Positions 26,256-35,672 of a stretch of DNA of 60,366 bases are shown one piece after another. The notes below the pieces were generated by a model. That model did no database searches and had not been told where the DNA came from. It worked only from the letters and a program-made list of their open reading frames with translations. Location: IMG/VR virus record IMGVR_UViG_3300019132_000039; one strand, given 5' to 3'. Source of the DNA: an uncultured virus (IMG/VR IMGVR_UViG_3300019132_000039). Its lineage: Duplodnaviria > Heunggongvirae > Uroviricota > Caudoviricetes. The stretch's first letter is position 1, and the number at the start of each line of letters is the position of its first letter. A program made the position numbers and the translations under genes.

Positions 26256-27350
26256 TTAGCTTTGATAAATCAATGAAGCATATCTGCGGCAATCTTCAAT
26301 AGGTGCTTCCATTAGATAAGACATATCCGGAATAAATTCGTAGAAACGAGTCCCCTTGAAGCTGCCAAATTTATTTTTACCTACCTTCATCTCGATAACA
26401 GGCATTTTTTGTTCTTTCTCCTCGCTAATCCAATAGATTTGTGCCCCTTCTTCTTTAATCCCGACTTCATTGTAAAGAAGAGCAATAAAGTTAGCTTCAT
26501 ATTCCAGTCGGTTATTTTCTTTTAAGTCGTCTGTCATTGGGCGACGGCCTCCATTTAATTTGCGCAAATGGGCCGTACAAAGAACAGGGACATCATAGGC
26601 TACACACCAATTTTTAACGACTTTTGCGACATGCTCATATAAGGCTTTCTCTTGAAGTTGTTTGGAATCTACAGTAAGGTCGTAGATACTATCAATCATA
26701 ATGACTAGTTTTGTGTCTTCCGGGAAATGCATTTTCATTTCTTTGATACGGTTTTCAATGACTTCCACACTGGTTCCATCATTGGAATCCCATAAAGAAA
26801 ACCTGTGAGCATTTCGGTATAAATGCTTAATTCCCTGATTTCGCTTTTCTAAAATCTCTGGCTGATCAGCATATTTAGCAGGATTTTTAGCTTGAGAAAT
26901 CGTAATTTGTTGCTTGCAAGCAATATAGCGTGGAGCGAGTTCATTTGCACTATCATCAAGAGAATGGTAGGCAACATGCACATTTTCATTTAAATCGGAA
27001 ATCTGTTGGGCAAGTTGCAATAATAAGGCTGATTTACCTACATTGGGTTGAGAAGCAAACAGAAACAATCCTGGCTGAACTCCACCATCTAATGCTTCAT
27101 CAAAGAGTGGAAACCCCGTTGTCAAACCACCTCGGGCATCACGATTCCAAGAATATTGGTCAATGCTTGCCACGTTTTGAATCATTTTTGCTTCAATAGG
27201 ATTTAAAGGACGATTATATAAACGCTGTGGATCAAGCAACTTTACATGATATGGATTAATAGAATCTGTTGTAAAAATGGATTCATCCTTTTGGATTTGT
27301 TGTTCCATTTGATGAAAAATAGCTTGAAAGTTGATCTCCGACATGGGCAA
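26256..27350 (-). CDS. DnaB-like SF4 helicase (short, lacks the N-terminal domain)
   Basis: TGF..FD, Walker A QPNVGKS, Walker B IMIDS, HLRK, LEYEAN and KNKFG. Confidence 0.8.
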   Translation of the reverse strand: MPMSEINFQAIFHQMEQQIQKDESIFTTDSINPYHVKLLDPQRLYNRPLNPIEAKMIQNVASIDQYSWNRDARGGLTTGFPLFDEALDGGVQPGLFLFASQPNVGKSALLLQLAQQISDLNENVHVAYHSLDDSANELAPRYIACKQQITISQAKNPAKYADQPEILEKRNQGIKHLYRNAHRFSLWDSNDGTSVEVIENRIKEMKMHFPEDTKLVIMIDSIYDLTVDSKQLQEKALYEHVAKVVKNWCVAYDVPVLCTAHLRKLNGGRRPMTDDLKENNRLEYEANFIALLYNEVGIKEEGAQIYWISEEKEQKMPVIEMKVGKNKFGSFKGTRFYEFIPDMSYLMEAPIEDCRRYASLIYQS

Positions 27351-27369
27351 TTTATCTCCTTTCTATTCT

Positions 27370-27424
27370 CTCCCCTATGCAAAACTTATTAATCACAAAG
27401 ACTAATAAACTTTGCATAAGGGAG
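27370..27424 (-). promoter_or_regulatory. 25-bp mRNA stem-loop between primase and helicase
   Basis: CUCCCUUAUGCAAAGUUUAUUAGUC-UUUGU-GAUUAAUAAGUUUUGCAUAGGGGAG is fully paired on the minus strand, using G.U pairs. Confidence 0.7.
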
Positions 27425-27450
27425 CAGATCATAACTCCCCTTACATTCAT

Positions 27451-28596
27451 TTATGATCCTTTTTTAAACAATGGACATTGTTCTTTTTCACACACCCCAC
27501 TGACTCGCTTAAAGGTTTCACATCCGTACTTGTATTGACCGTTATAAACAGAATGAACAATAATTTCAATTTCCCTCGGTTTTAAAGGCGGTGAACAACG
27601 TTCTTCATTCCATTTATGTAAACGAGCCAATGTTTCTTCAAGTTCGATTCCCTGCTGCAGATAAAAACTAGCCAATGCTGTTCCACTATTGTTTCGCTCG
27701 TCAATGGTTTCTCGGAATACTTTTTGCCACATTGCTTGAATACATGGGGGTTCGGTTTCGAGTTTTCGTAACCTGCCACTAAACTCCTGACGACGATTAA
27801 TTTTCTGTGTCCATTCTTCAATATGTTGTTTAATAACAAGGCGAGCCCGGTTTGAGGGAATGGGATCAGCAACCGTAATAGTTCTTGGTTGTTGGGCTAG
27901 TTGATGAATTTCTGCATATGACAAACGAATAAATTCCTCGTAAGTAATCGGAATTTTATATGCTTTTCCTTTTATATGCCATGAGTTGACCATCCGAAAC
28001 ATTCGTTTATCATCGTATACTTTAGTATCCAATGTGTTGTGTTTGCAGTATGTTTTGATATCTTCGGCAATCATTTTATAGATTTGATTTAAAGCCACAT
28101 GAGGTTCTAGTCCTAAAGTGATTGCTGGAATGGTAAGGTGGATTCCCTTGCCCCCCGAATAAAAGAAACGAACTTGATTAATGTCAATACTCATAATGAC
28201 TGTAATGTATCGTAAAGCAATACGAACATCTTCTTTTAATTTCTGATAGTCTGTTTCACTTTCAATAACTGTATCAAAGTCTAAGTAAAAGTCGCCCCAC
28301 TTTAAACTCTCGGCAGCATTAATCAGCCATTTTCCTTTATGATCTTGATACCATATAGGGTTAATGTATTGCATGGCTGTTTGATAAACCCCTTGATTGT
28401 TGTAAGCCTGTCGAAATTGCCACGTATATTCCGGAAACATATAATGCTTTCGAGTAAAGGGGATTTTCTGACCGATTAAGTCAGCTCCACATTCTACCCA
28501 CACAGCATTAGTGGTAGCAGTTTGTGTCATGTCGTTTGAATTCACGATTGATCCCCTGCAGCCGATGAATATTTTCTTTGGCACGAATAAACTCAC
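27451..28596 (-). CDS. Archaeo-eukaryotic primase (AEP) with PriCT-like C-terminus
   Basis: FYLDFD, SGGKGIH and YD..RMFR; C-terminal PPC...RNN...N..RCSPPL...EI plus a Cys cluster. The true start may be internal (MTQ). Confidence 0.78.
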   Translation of the reverse strand: MSLFVPKKIFIGCRGSIVNSNDMTQTATTNAVWVECGADLIGQKIPFTRKHYMFPEYTWQFRQAYNNQGVYQTAMQYINPIWYQDHKGKWLINAAESLKWGDFYLDFDTVIESETDYQKLKEDVRIALRYITVIMSIDINQVRFFYSGGKGIHLTIPAITLGLEPHVALNQIYKMIAEDIKTYCKHNTLDTKVYDDKRMFRMVNSWHIKGKAYKIPITYEEFIRLSYAEIHQLAQQPRTITVADPIPSNRARLVIKQHIEEWTQKINRRQEFSGRLRKLETEPPCIQAMWQKVFRETIDERNNSGTALASFYLQQGIELEETLARLHKWNEERCSPPLKPREIEIIVHSVYNGQYKYGCETFKRVSGVCEKEQCPLFKKGS

Positions 28597-29191
28597 GTGC
28601 GTCTTCTATATATTTTTCAAGATCGAAAGCATTACGAAGCGGTCGTAATTGCTGTTCTTTCCGGATGGTTTTAGCAACATCGATGGCAAATAAAATTTCA
28701 TCAAGTGTATAATTGGAAAGCATATACTTGAATTTTCCTTCATCTTGACGAATTAGATGCTCGCTTGGTGCAATATCCATTTGCTCATACCAATAATTCA
28801 GCAAATCCTTCATAGTAAACCGTCTCTTCATTTCAAGAAAGAACGGATGCGATTGGCGAATTAATTGACCGGTTTTTGGATCCTTTGCAATTTTTACAGG
28901 AGGCGATACTTCCCTTAATATATTGTGATAATAAAAGATATCTGCTTGAAGTAAATTGTTGGGTGGTTCTTTCTTCGCCATGATTTCTTCTACGTGATAG
29001 ACATTAAGGATAATTTGCGGATAATCTCGTGCAAATTGATCAAGCTCTTCTTTAATTTCTTGTAGTGTCCATCCTTTTTCCAATAATTTCGTAATGGCAT
29101 GATAGGCACTTTGCAATCGGCCTTCAATTCCGATTCTGGCTTTTGTAATTTCGTAAACAAAGTAGTGGGCTAATTCTTCCACACTTCCCAT
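28508..29191 (-). CDS. Hypothetical replication-module protein
   Basis: 227 aa between the annealing-protein and primase genes; GAGG RBS. Confidence 0.6.
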   Translation of the reverse strand: MGSVEELAHYFVYEITKARIGIEGRLQSAYHAITKLLEKGWTLQEIKEELDQFARDYPQIILNVYHVEEIMAKKEPPNNLLQADIFYYHNILREVSPPVKIAKDPKTGQLIRQSHPFFLEMKRRFTMKDLLNYWYEQMDIAPSEHLIRQDEGKFKYMLSNYTLDEILFAIDVAKTIRKEQQLRPLRNAFDLEKYIEDAREFIRAKENIHRLQGINREFKRHDTNCYH

Positions 29192-29203
29192 GTTTCCTCA
29201 CCC

Positions 29204-30427
29204 TTATACATGAATGTTTTCTAAATATGTGTTAAATCCTTTCAATGTTTCAGGAGTAATGCTTGCAATTGTTGCTTTTTCATCTTTAAAATAATCTCGC
29301 ACATACGGTAGCAATTGACTATCTTGTTTAATGCCTAATCGTTCTTTATGCTGACGAAAGATTTCGATTTGCTCCCGATTTTCAGGTGTATCCCACGGAT
29401 TATTAGGTACTACATGTTCTAATGGGTTTTCATTTCTAGCAGACGAAGCAGATTCTTTGGATGGTTCTTGAATTTGCTCTTTCGAATCTACAGGTACACC
29501 GTATTGAATCGCTTGAAAGTTTTGTTGCTGTGCTTCTGGTTGTGGTTGTGCCTCTATATTTCCCTGTGGGATAGCTTGAAATTCTTGTGATGACTTAGGT
29601 GTTTCTGTATTTGGTGTATTTTCAAACGGAAAATCTATTTGAGAATTTTGAAAGTTTTGGTCGGCAAATTGCATTGCTTCTTGCATTTTTTGTTCTTCTT
29701 GCCTTATTTGCTGATACCCTTGCGGGTCAAATTGCTTCATAGTTTGCTCATACCAATTTTGCTGTGATGCTACGTTGGATTGACTGGGATAACCTCCATT
29801 GAGTGTTGTAGGAGAAGACGCATAGTATTCATTTTGATGCACCCACTGATTTCTTTGTGAGTCCCAGATCCATTCTCCTTGCTGAACAAGGGTGTCTGTA
29901 TGCATTGCTTGTTGCATTCCTGACATATTTGCTTGCATGGAGCCAACATGATAATTTGAGTGGTTTTGCAAGTAATGGTATTGATCCTGATCATCAAAAT
30001 CAATTTTAATCCTTGAATAAATACTTGAACCTACACCAAACAAAGAAGCGCATTTCTTTAAACAATCACTCGCTGCAGATTTATAAGATGAATTTTGATT
30101 ATCTTTTCCCCCTACGGCAACCTTACTTCCGTATTGCGAACGGCTACCGATCCCGTGAATGGTCAGTGTTCCTCGAACATGATAAACATATCCATCAAAC
30201 ACCCATTGATTTCGTTGTTTATCAAATTTATGTACTTCTTCTCGCCATTCTTTTATAGGTTTAAAATCCCATGTTGTAATTCCTTCTGTGGCATGGTCTA
30301 AGATTTGTTGAACTGTCCACACGCCTAATGAATCTTGTCCTTTTGCATTTTTCTCTAACCATTCTGGCTTACATTCTTTTAAACGCTCTTTGACCGTTTT
30401 CATTTCTTCGGCTGTCAATTTATGCAT
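29204..30427 (-). CDS. Rad52/Sak-family single-strand annealing protein with Q-rich linker
   Basis: V...LD, W.F, V.G.LTI and YKSAASDCLKKCASLFGVG. Confidence 0.8.
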   Translation of the reverse strand: MHKLTAEEMKTVKERLKECKPEWLEKNAKGQDSLGVWTVQQILDHATEGITTWDFKPIKEWREEVHKFDKQRNQWVFDGYVYHVRGTLTIHGIGSRSQYGSKVAVGGKDNQNSSYKSAASDCLKKCASLFGVGSSIYSRIKIDFDDQDQYHYLQNHSNYHVGSMQANMSGMQQAMHTDTLVQQGEWIWDSQRNQWVHQNEYYASSPTTLNGGYPSQSNVASQQNWYEQTMKQFDPQGYQQIRQEEQKMQEAMQFADQNFQNSQIDFPFENTPNTETPKSSQEFQAIPQGNIEAQPQPEAQQQNFQAIQYGVPVDSKEQIQEPSKESASSARNENPLEHVVPNNPWDTPENREQIEIFRQHKERLGIKQDSQLLPYVRDYFKDEKATIASITPETLKGFNTYLENIHV

Positions 30428-30474
30428 CGTTTTATACCTCCTTTTTTTGATTGCATAAGTTGTAATGTATATCT

Positions 30475-30524
30475 ATTGTAATGCATTACAATTATATTCT
30501 AACATGATATATTTCTATGCACAA
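30475..30524 (-). promoter_or_regulatory. SigA-like promoter of the replication operon with 18-bp palindrome
   Basis: TTGTGC-N17-TAGAAT with extended TG; ATTGTAATGCATTACAAT at 30475-30492. Confidence 0.7.
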
Positions 30525-30536
30525 GTATTGTCAATG

Positions 30537-30582
30537 AAAAAATGCAGAATTTCTTGTATTTACGCAAGAATTCTGCATTTTT
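30537..30582. terminator. Intrinsic terminator ending the structural operon
   Basis: AAAAATGCAGAATT(T)CTTG...CAAGAATTCTGCATTTTT. Confidence 0.8.
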
Positions 30583-30591
30583 CTTAATTTT

Positions 30592-30981
30592 TTACTTTAG
30601 TAATGTTACGATACCTGCTCCTGCGGCAGTAATGACACCAAGTAAAGCAAAGAATGCTTTCCACAGTTGCTCAATAAATTTATCTTGAGCGGTGATGGCC
30701 ACATCTTGTTTGGCATTAATATCGCTGACATGTTGTTGTACGGTATTGACTCCTGTTTGAATCACATCAAGTGATACTTTTAATTCATTTAGTGTTTGAC
30801 GAACTTCAGCGACTTCTTCTTCTAATTCATCAATTCGCTGGTTGATTCGCCCGATCGATTGGTCATTATGTTCTTTCATGTCTTTGTACATTTCTTTGAG
30901 TTTACTAATCTCACGTTCTAGTTCATCTTGACGACGAATAAGGGAGTCGATATCAATTTCTTTTTGATAAAAGTTTGCCAT
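30592..30981 (-). CDS. Coiled-coil protein with C-terminal TM helix (possible lysis accessory)
   Basis: Long heptad region followed by a hydrophobic C-terminus; the architecture recalls XhlA-like proteins. Confidence 0.55.
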   Translation of the reverse strand: MANFYQKEIDIDSLIRRQDELEREISKLKEMYKDMKEHNDQSIGRINQRIDELEEEVAEVRQTLNELKVSLDVIQTGVNTVQQHVSDINAKQDVAITAQDKFIEQLWKAFFALLGVITAAGAGIVTLLK

Positions 30982-30999
30982 ATTGCTTGCCTCCTTACA

Positions 31000-32289
31000 T
31001 TATTCCTTGGTGTAGTGTAATCGCACGGCATGAAGGCAAGGATTTACTCCATTGTGAGGATCTGGATATAAATGTGTTTTTACCCATATGCGTCGAGCTG
31101 TTTGACTTGTCCATTCAGAACGAGTAATCGGACGCAAAGTAAGATCAGGTTCCTCTGCGTATAATTCATATTCAAAGATATTTCCATTTAACATGTAGTC
31201 CATATTCTCTGGATAACTCAACGCTTTTCGGTTTAAAAATACATGTTCTACAGATTCAATATTGTAGATACCATCCATCTCAAATGGAGTGAGAATCATT
31301 CCTCCACTCGGCTCAAACATTGATAAATAAATTCCTATTTCCTGGGCTCCTAAAATGAATACAGTTTTACCCCCAATGTTCACCGGATGCTTTTGAATCA
31401 ATGTGATTCGCACCTTCTGAACTGGAACGCTTGGAAAGTACCACTTTCTTCTTGGCGAATGGTCATCACCACGAACACTTGTAATGTCCTCTTGCTTAAA
31501 TCCCTTGATTGTTTGCCACCCATTATTGTAATGGATTTCAATATTCTTAATCTGGATTCCTCGTTCTGGATGTGGATGTATCACGATTGTATTGACATTT
31601 AAATTATTTACAAGATGGCTTGGGAGTTCGATTTCGATTATGACATCTTCGCCATCTTTAGGAACATCAGATAAAGAATCGTATGTAACACTTCTTCGCC
31701 AGAATGATAAAGGATCCCCATTAAAAGCATTTAGAATATCATTTTCAGAAACCGTTCCTTTAGTGTTGCTTCGTCCTACTTTGATTTTTAGCTGCGAGGG
31801 GATAATGTGATTTCCTTTATCATCCACGATATGTGTTTTTGGTATCTGATGGATTTGAGGAATAGTTACGTAACGATGCTGCAAATCAACTTGGCATCGA
31901 GGAATAGATACTTGCTGATCTTGAAAATCTTTTGGATATCGGGTTGTCATATCTTGTACAAAGGATGTTTTAAAAAAATGACCGTTCATCCAAGAAGCTC
32001 CTCCTAAAGAGTCGAGTTGAGATTCTAGATGTGCTACTCGGTCTTCTAACATTTTAACGTAATCATGTAAAGCAGCATTTTCAATAAGTACAATTTGATG
32101 TGCCTCTTTTAGATTGAGTTGTGTAGCATTAGCTTGTTGATACAATTCTATAAGTTCCAGATATTTTTGATCTTCATTCATGTTATATTCATGCGAAGAA
32201 GTGGGACCACGAAATCGTGCCCCACCACCTTTACTTGTAGGCATTCTCATATTCCCTGTATCTCCTTTCGGCTTCTGCAATTCTTTCAT
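31000..32289 (-). CDS. Putative virion structural protein (paralog family)
   Basis: RGPTSSHEYN motif and AFNGD..SFW discoidin-like segment shared with neighbours. Confidence 0.6.
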   Translation of the reverse strand: MKELQKPKGDTGNMRMPTSKGGGARFRGPTSSHEYNMNEDQKYLELIELYQQANATQLNLKEAHQIVLIENAALHDYVKMLEDRVAHLESQLDSLGGASWMNGHFFKTSFVQDMTTRYPKDFQDQQVSIPRCQVDLQHRYVTIPQIHQIPKTHIVDDKGNHIIPSQLKIKVGRSNTKGTVSENDILNAFNGDPLSFWRRSVTYDSLSDVPKDGEDVIIEIELPSHLVNNLNVNTIVIHPHPERGIQIKNIEIHYNNGWQTIKGFKQEDITSVRGDDHSPRRKWYFPSVPVQKVRITLIQKHPVNIGGKTVFILGAQEIGIYLSMFEPSGGMILTPFEMDGIYNIESVEHVFLNRKALSYPENMDYMLNGNIFEYELYAEEPDLTLRPITRSEWTSQTARRIWVKTHLYPDPHNGVNPCLHAVRLHYTKE

Positions 32290-33535
32290 CTAATTCCCGC
32301 ATTTTTTGTCTTAATCCATAGATACCTACAATACGTTCTTCAAAAGAGTTCCCACTTAATTGTATCACATCGTTAGTAAAAGCTCTTATACTGTCAATGC
32401 CCTTGTCGGTAAAGTCTTCCTGTCTTTTTTTCGTTTCCTTGTCATTTTCTTCTAATTTCATAGAAATACTCCCGGTTTCTACGCCGTAAAACCAAGAACG
32501 GACTGTAACGTCTTTCATTTGCTCAAGAGATGATAAATCTTTATAGATTTGTCGGATTTCATAGATTTGTTCTTGGTGGTCGCTGAGAAATTTTTCAGAT
32601 TCACGATGTCCCCGATACCGGGCATTCCTCTTCATGATATTCGGAAGTTTATAAAGAGGTGGAATCGGTTTGGACGCATCCACCAGTTTAATCACCCAAT
32701 CCGATGTTTCAATAGGATCAGGTGGCGTATTTGGCAATGGCGGTGGAGGCGGCTCTACAGGGTCTGTTTCATTTCCTGGATTCGAATCCGGTTCTATTAC
32801 CGTTAAAAGTGCCGAGGCATTGCAATGTTTTACAGTGTATTGAATTGAATAAGAGCCTAATGCTTGAGGCTGGACAACAAGGCGTTGACTGTTTTTCTCT
32901 ATGACTAGTAGAGTCAGATCATATATCCATTGTCCGGACTCAGTGAAAGAATGGGTCACTTCAAATGTAGCTGCACTTCCTAAAGGAATGGTTAATGACA
33001 ATGGTGTTAGCAATAAATCACAAGGTTCTGGCTCCGGTTCTGGGTTAGGATCAGGATCCGGCTCTGGTTCTGGAGAAGGGGTAATTCGTACTACCTCGAC
33101 TTCTACAAAATCATTTTCATGCCCAATATAGGGCTTTCCACTCCAGTTTGGATGCTGTGTAATTTGCTCATAGGTCAGCCCCTTTATCCAGTTGCCGATA
33201 ATTGTGTTTAAATGTTGAGCGTGTGAAGATTGAGATCGTATAGACGCAATCCAACCTTCTGAGCCGTCTTCATAATGATATTGAATGGCCAGTAGACTCC
33301 CGCATAAGCCCGTACCAAAATAAAATCCGTTAATGATTCGAATGACATGCTTATTGTTAGGCTCTGGCAATTCTGTAAACATCGATTCACCTGTTGATAA
33401 AGAAAAACCTGCATTATTGGCGACTTCTTCCCATGAAAGAGTATGAGATTCTGGAGGTTGATTCATTAAGGGATTTCCATTGGCATCTTGCTTTGGATTG
33501 GCAAAATAAAATGTAACATTCGTAATGTTTAACAT
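32231..33535 (-). CDS. Putative virion structural protein with Pro-rich linkers
   Basis: PEPEPDPDP linker, Ig-like segment and RYRGHRESE paralog motif. Confidence 0.55.
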   Translation of the reverse strand: MLNITNVTFYFANPKQDANGNPLMNQPPESHTLSWEEVANNAGFSLSTGESMFTELPEPNNKHVIRIINGFYFGTGLCGSLLAIQYHYEDGSEGWIASIRSQSSHAQHLNTIIGNWIKGLTYEQITQHPNWSGKPYIGHENDFVEVEVVRITPSPEPEPDPDPNPEPEPEPCDLLLTPLSLTIPLGSAATFEVTHSFTESGQWIYDLTLLVIEKNSQRLVVQPQALGSYSIQYTVKHCNASALLTVIEPDSNPGNETDPVEPPPPPLPNTPPDPIETSDWVIKLVDASKPIPPLYKLPNIMKRNARYRGHRESEKFLSDHQEQIYEIRQIYKDLSSLEQMKDVTVRSWFYGVETGSISMKLEENDKETKKRQEDFTDKGIDSIRAFTNDVIQLSGNSFEERIVGIYGLRQKMRELDERIAEAERRYREYENAYK

Positions 33536-33543
33536 GTATTCAC

Positions 33544-35658
33544 CTACTTCGCCCGTAATCGAATTTGATAAATTTTCGGAGTGATGTGAGGGACATTCAT
33601 GTCCCGTTTCATATGAGCACGAACGATTACTTGATGGTGTTGTTTAATTTGTTTGCTTGTTTCGTACATGAGTTGAAATATACAGTTCTTCGGCAAATAA
33701 TTAAGAACCACTTGACGCTCATGAATAGAAAAATAGTTTCGATTATTAGGAGAGATATTATGAAACAAACTATGCACATTAACAAATTTCATGTGTTCTA
33801 AATCGCCACGTACTCGTTTCTCTTTTAAGAAATTGAATTTCCCTACAATCGTTTTATTGGGGAGGTTTTCCCGTGCAGTATCTTTTCGTTCTTGCATATC
33901 TCCCCAATGGTATAAGATTTGAATCTCATTCCATCCCTTTACAAAATTCATAGTAACTTCATCATTAACGGGAGCTAATCGTTGTCGGTTGACATATACA
34001 GAATAAGCACCTAATCGTTTTCGCACTCCTGAAGGAAGAGTAGTCATTACAGACAAACTCAAAGGTTCGCTGCGTGGTTCGTCTGAATAAATACATATGG
34101 TGAAACGATAAAAGTTGTCGTCAAAACCGCCATGTTCCCGTTTAAGGCTTAATTCGTTTCCTTTTGGGAGATAGTCTATTCGAACGGTTTCCGGACGATT
34201 TTGATATTGCTCATCCCATTTATTATTTAAAGGCACACTTCCATCAAACGGGACATAGGTTCTTTCTCTTTTCCACTGGTTAATGCCTCGAAAAAGTTTG
34301 GGATTTTGAAATATGTCAAATGTTTCTTTTGTTTCCCCTGTTTGAGTATCCAAAATGATTTCTGACATAATCCCATCCCCATTATCTTTCATGAGGCGAA
34401 ATACTTGCATGCCGTTAATGATTTGACCTGTTGCTTCTGCTTTGCTGGCTTCAATCTTTTTATGTTCTTTAACATTTAAATTGACAATTTTAGCATATTT
34501 CGGTTTTGTTTCATCAAAAGATGAAATCGGATGCCAGATAAGTTCTTCTAAATTCTTTTCCGGCTCGTATAAAGCGATTTCGTAATGCACTTCGGTATTA
34601 AAAGGAATATCATGTTTCGCTAACAAAGACACTTGTTGTACGTTTTCCCGAAACTCGATGACGTTCGTGTACATAACTCCTTCACTGAGATAATTTTTCT
34701 TAAAAAATCCAATGTTTTTCGCTCCAAAATAATATTGATACCATTCCCCGGAACGCTCATCATAATCTGATTTTTCAAAGATGAACTTAACTCCTCTTGC
34801 GTTAGTACGTGGAAAACTCCAAATTTTCATACCCGTTACTTTATCAGTTTCTGCTTGCTGATGAATAGGTGTAAAAACAATTCCATCTTGAGTGTATTCA
34901 ATTTTTATATTAACAGGTTTAACATGATGTGGCAGATACTCAATATGGTTGATTTCTTCTGATTGATCAAACATAACGATTAATTCTGCTCGCATAATAT
35001 TATTAGCACCTAGTTCTTTGGTTTTTACGACATGCCACCAAGCTGTATTAATATTGTCATCAAATGCATGACGAATACTTTCTAATGCTGCGTGCTTATG
35101 AATTGGTTGTAATGGCTGGAACGCAACTTTGTTAGGATCGACAACAATTCGGTTGCTCTGATTAAGGTTTTCTGCAAGCGTCACTTCCCGATTTTTCACA
35201 TCTACAAAAGCGGTACTTTTTTCTTTATTTACGTCTGAAGCATTTTCAAAACTGATCGTATATCCATCAAAATATCGGTATTCCCCGTGGTGAGAGATTA
35301 ATAGCATTTCATCAATTGATTTTGAAATATTAGCAAGTTCATGGAGAATTTTTTGCCGCTCTGTTTCAATAAACTGAAAATCATTCATGATTTGTGTGGT
35401 TTGTTGAATGGTGGCTGTATATGCATCCGAAATATCTTGGTAGATAGCGTGAATGTGCTGATTATATTTTTCCGAACTAGACTTTTCTTTACGAAAGACC
35501 TTTAATGGTTGAAAGGAAGGTGCTCCGGGACGATGATCCCGAAGCCACTGTCCTAAGTGATGTGTAATGGTTTGAAACGTTGGATATCTTCCACGAAAGA
35601 GGTAACTTTTTATGATTTCTTCAATCTTTCTAGTGACTTGCATTTTACGAATACTCAT
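33544..35658 (-). CDS. Putative virion structural protein (paralog family)
   Basis: 704 aa; SSEKYN motif, AFDDNINTAW and C-terminal TPKIY.I.L. Confidence 0.6.
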   Translation of the reverse strand: MSIRKMQVTRKIEEIIKSYLFRGRYPTFQTITHHLGQWLRDHRPGAPSFQPLKVFRKEKSSSEKYNQHIHAIYQDISDAYTATIQQTTQIMNDFQFIETERQKILHELANISKSIDEMLLISHHGEYRYFDGYTISFENASDVNKEKSTAFVDVKNREVTLAENLNQSNRIVVDPNKVAFQPLQPIHKHAALESIRHAFDDNINTAWWHVVKTKELGANNIMRAELIVMFDQSEEINHIEYLPHHVKPVNIKIEYTQDGIVFTPIHQQAETDKVTGMKIWSFPRTNARGVKFIFEKSDYDERSGEWYQYYFGAKNIGFFKKNYLSEGVMYTNVIEFRENVQQVSLLAKHDIPFNTEVHYEIALYEPEKNLEELIWHPISSFDETKPKYAKIVNLNVKEHKKIEASKAEATGQIINGMQVFRLMKDNGDGIMSEIILDTQTGETKETFDIFQNPKLFRGINQWKRERTYVPFDGSVPLNNKWDEQYQNRPETVRIDYLPKGNELSLKREHGGFDDNFYRFTICIYSDEPRSEPLSLSVMTTLPSGVRKRLGAYSVYVNRQRLAPVNDEVTMNFVKGWNEIQILYHWGDMQERKDTARENLPNKTIVGKFNFLKEKRVRGDLEHMKFVNVHSLFHNISPNNRNYFSIHERQVVLNYLPKNCIFQLMYETSKQIKQHHQVIVRAHMKRDMNVPHITPKIYQIRLRAK

Positions 35659-35672
35659 AAAGAAGCTCCTTT

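Noticed and set aside
33025..33080. Short GGCTCCGG/GGATCAGG-type repeats
   Set aside because: Explained by a PEPEPDPDP protein linker
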